DNA of 64,000 nt from Yuukianura sp. NJ FZ-2021 (Eukaryota). Positions 62,288 to 64,000 of the stretch are shown here, piece by piece. Position numbers and translations under genes: made by a program. The notes beneath the pieces are model-generated. The model saw only the letters and a program-made list of their open reading frames with translations, was not told where the DNA came from and did not search any database. Every line of letters starts with the position of its first letter. Within the stretch, counting starts at the first letter, position 1. The DNA is taken from assembly GCA_046563655.1 (NCBI GenBank), contig CM102286.1, positions 868,001-932,000 on the forward strand, in the 5' to 3' direction.

Positions 62288-62360
62288 AAATGAATTGCAT
62301 TTGGACCAGCCTGTACATTTAGAACTGAAATGAATTGCATTTGGACCAGCCTGTACATTT
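62288..62360. repeat. Exact 33-bp direct repeat (period 40)
   Basis: aaatgaattgcatttggaccagcctgtacattt at 62288 and 62328; each copy contains ggaccagcctg|TA, a Tc1/mariner-like end. Confidence 0.85.
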
Positions 62361-64000
62361 TGATTGTTTAGGTTAATTTACTGGTGTAAAACGAAGTTTA
62401 TAAGGAGCAGGAACTTAAGAGAGACACCGTTAGCATCCCAGCATGTGCAAATTCACATTTCCATATACGGAACCGCCTTCCAAGTTCAAAATCATGTTGG
62501 AGATGTAACGAGATAGGATTGGGTTACACTGCTGTAAAAACAAATTTTCAAAAAAACATAAACTACCGAGAAGTTTTTTCGTCATGAGCTAAACTCAATT
62601 TTTTGTGTTCAAAATGTGCGCCGTCCGAAAAGTTCCAAAAAAGTTAATTTTCTCCCAGAAAATTATTTCTAAGGTTTTGTATTCGCTGGGATTTGCGAGA
62701 ATACACAAATTATGAAAAATTTGTGTGTTTTCGAAAACTTAAATTTGGAAAATTTTGATTTTGATGAAAATCCCATATTTTTTGTTTAGTATACTTTGAT
62801 TGAGTGCGTAATTGCAGTCCAATCAACCAGATTCCTCTGACTGCTACTCCTTTTGTTTCTATTCTTCTGGGAGAAGGAGATGCAAAGAGCTTCATTAAAC
62901 TTTTTTGTGCTTCTGATCATTAAAATGGTTGAAGTCAGGAAGATTAAAAACGGTTGAAGTAAAGAAGAAGTTGTACGATGTAACCACGGCAGTAGTGCAT
63001 TTGGTTGAAGATGAAGGTGATTAAAAGGCATCGTCTCTTCCTCATCTCCTGCCCTTGGCCTCTTCCTTCTTCGTACATCAATTAAATCCAGTCATTCGCG
63101 TGACTAGTTGTGTTTTTTTTTGCGTACAAGGCATAAGATGACCTCTGCCGTGAGGGCATTTTAGCAAAAACAACCAAACGAGATCACTTCATGCGGGTGG
63201 AATTTTTCTTGAATCTGGTTTTGAGCAATTAAAAAAACGAAAACTTCCTGGTTCATCAAAAAACAATTTCTGTCAAAATAATTTTGACTTTTTGAAAAGT
63301 AGGAATGGAGTGAGAGAAATTAGTGGGATTGTCTCGTATGAAATCAAATTGCAAATTTTTTTGTCTTTGCAATTTACACTTTTGGGAATTAACTTTCAGA
63401 AGACTGCACATTTTGCATACTGCAATTTTGAGAAAAGTGTGGCTCGTCTGCTAAGGATTTTGAAAATTTTATGATTTTGGAGAATATGAAAATTTTGAAA
63501 GTTTTTGGAGAACTTTCTCTTCTAAGCTGCTGCTTGACTGACTCTAACATGAGAAACTTTTATTCCCTAGTTTCCATGGCTTCATTTTCGTTTTTATGAA
63601 TAATGATGAAATAATTGAAGTTATGAACCCTCGTGCTCTTTTTCGAAAAAAAGTTTTCTCGTGTGCTAATCGCATCGGATTACTTTTAGTACTAAAAACT
63701 TTTTCATTAGAAAAGCACAAATTTTCATACTTTTCACTTTTTTCTCCTAAAGTTTTCTAAAAACCAGTTATGAGTTTCCTGTAGAAGGGAGTGACTAAAA
63801 GTTGAAATTATTTTCGAAATGAAGATTTTCCAATTTCAAAATTCCTAGAAACTGCTCCTCTTAGCTTAAGTTTTAATCTAACATTTTCCGTTATGTTAGT
63901 TAGGTTGGGCTCTCCATTGTTTTAATCAATAGGTTAGAAATGTTAATCGCTTTTCTCTGCAGCTAAGATTCCTATTTCCCAAAGAAAGCTTTTTGGGGAT

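Noticed and set aside
14900..64000. The many 60-157 aa ORFs in the track
   Set aside because: F/K/L/N-rich translations of AT-rich non-coding DNA, often from non-ATG starts, with no recognisable domains; one pair spans the N gap.
32050..64000. Naming the large plus-strand gene as a specific ecdysone-cascade gene
   Set aside because: No identifiable coding exon in the window; motifs alone cannot establish identity.

Overview
AT-rich eukaryotic (probably arthropod) genomic DNA with spliceosomal introns, very low gene density and one 100-N assembly gap (35153-35252). The main gene is on the minus strand and is missing from the ORF track because it runs off the left edge. It has a 73-nt signal-peptide exon (7004-6932), a 117-nt intron and a giant exon (6814 to <1), encoding at least 2295 aa of a secreted mucin/glue-like protein. 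That protein is built from two tandem-repeat arrays of alternating acidic and basic Ser/Thr-rich blocks, one with 462/924-bp higher-order structure. The 1584-aa plus-strand ORF is its antisense shadow. A spliced BEN-domain coding fragment lies at 10.6-11.1 kb within a ~1 kb cassette bounded by small hairpins and followed by a tRNA-like A/B-box remnant. The remaining ~52 kb looks non-coding. It holds SINE-like and Tc1/mariner-like remnants, dispersed TTAGG patches, a perfect IR1 (ecdysone-type) element, several perfect DR1 elements, a cluster of probable 5'-UTR exons at 32.4-34.1 kb and two candidate micro-exons, suggesting the regulatory 5' end of a large plus-strand gene whose coding part is not recognisable here.
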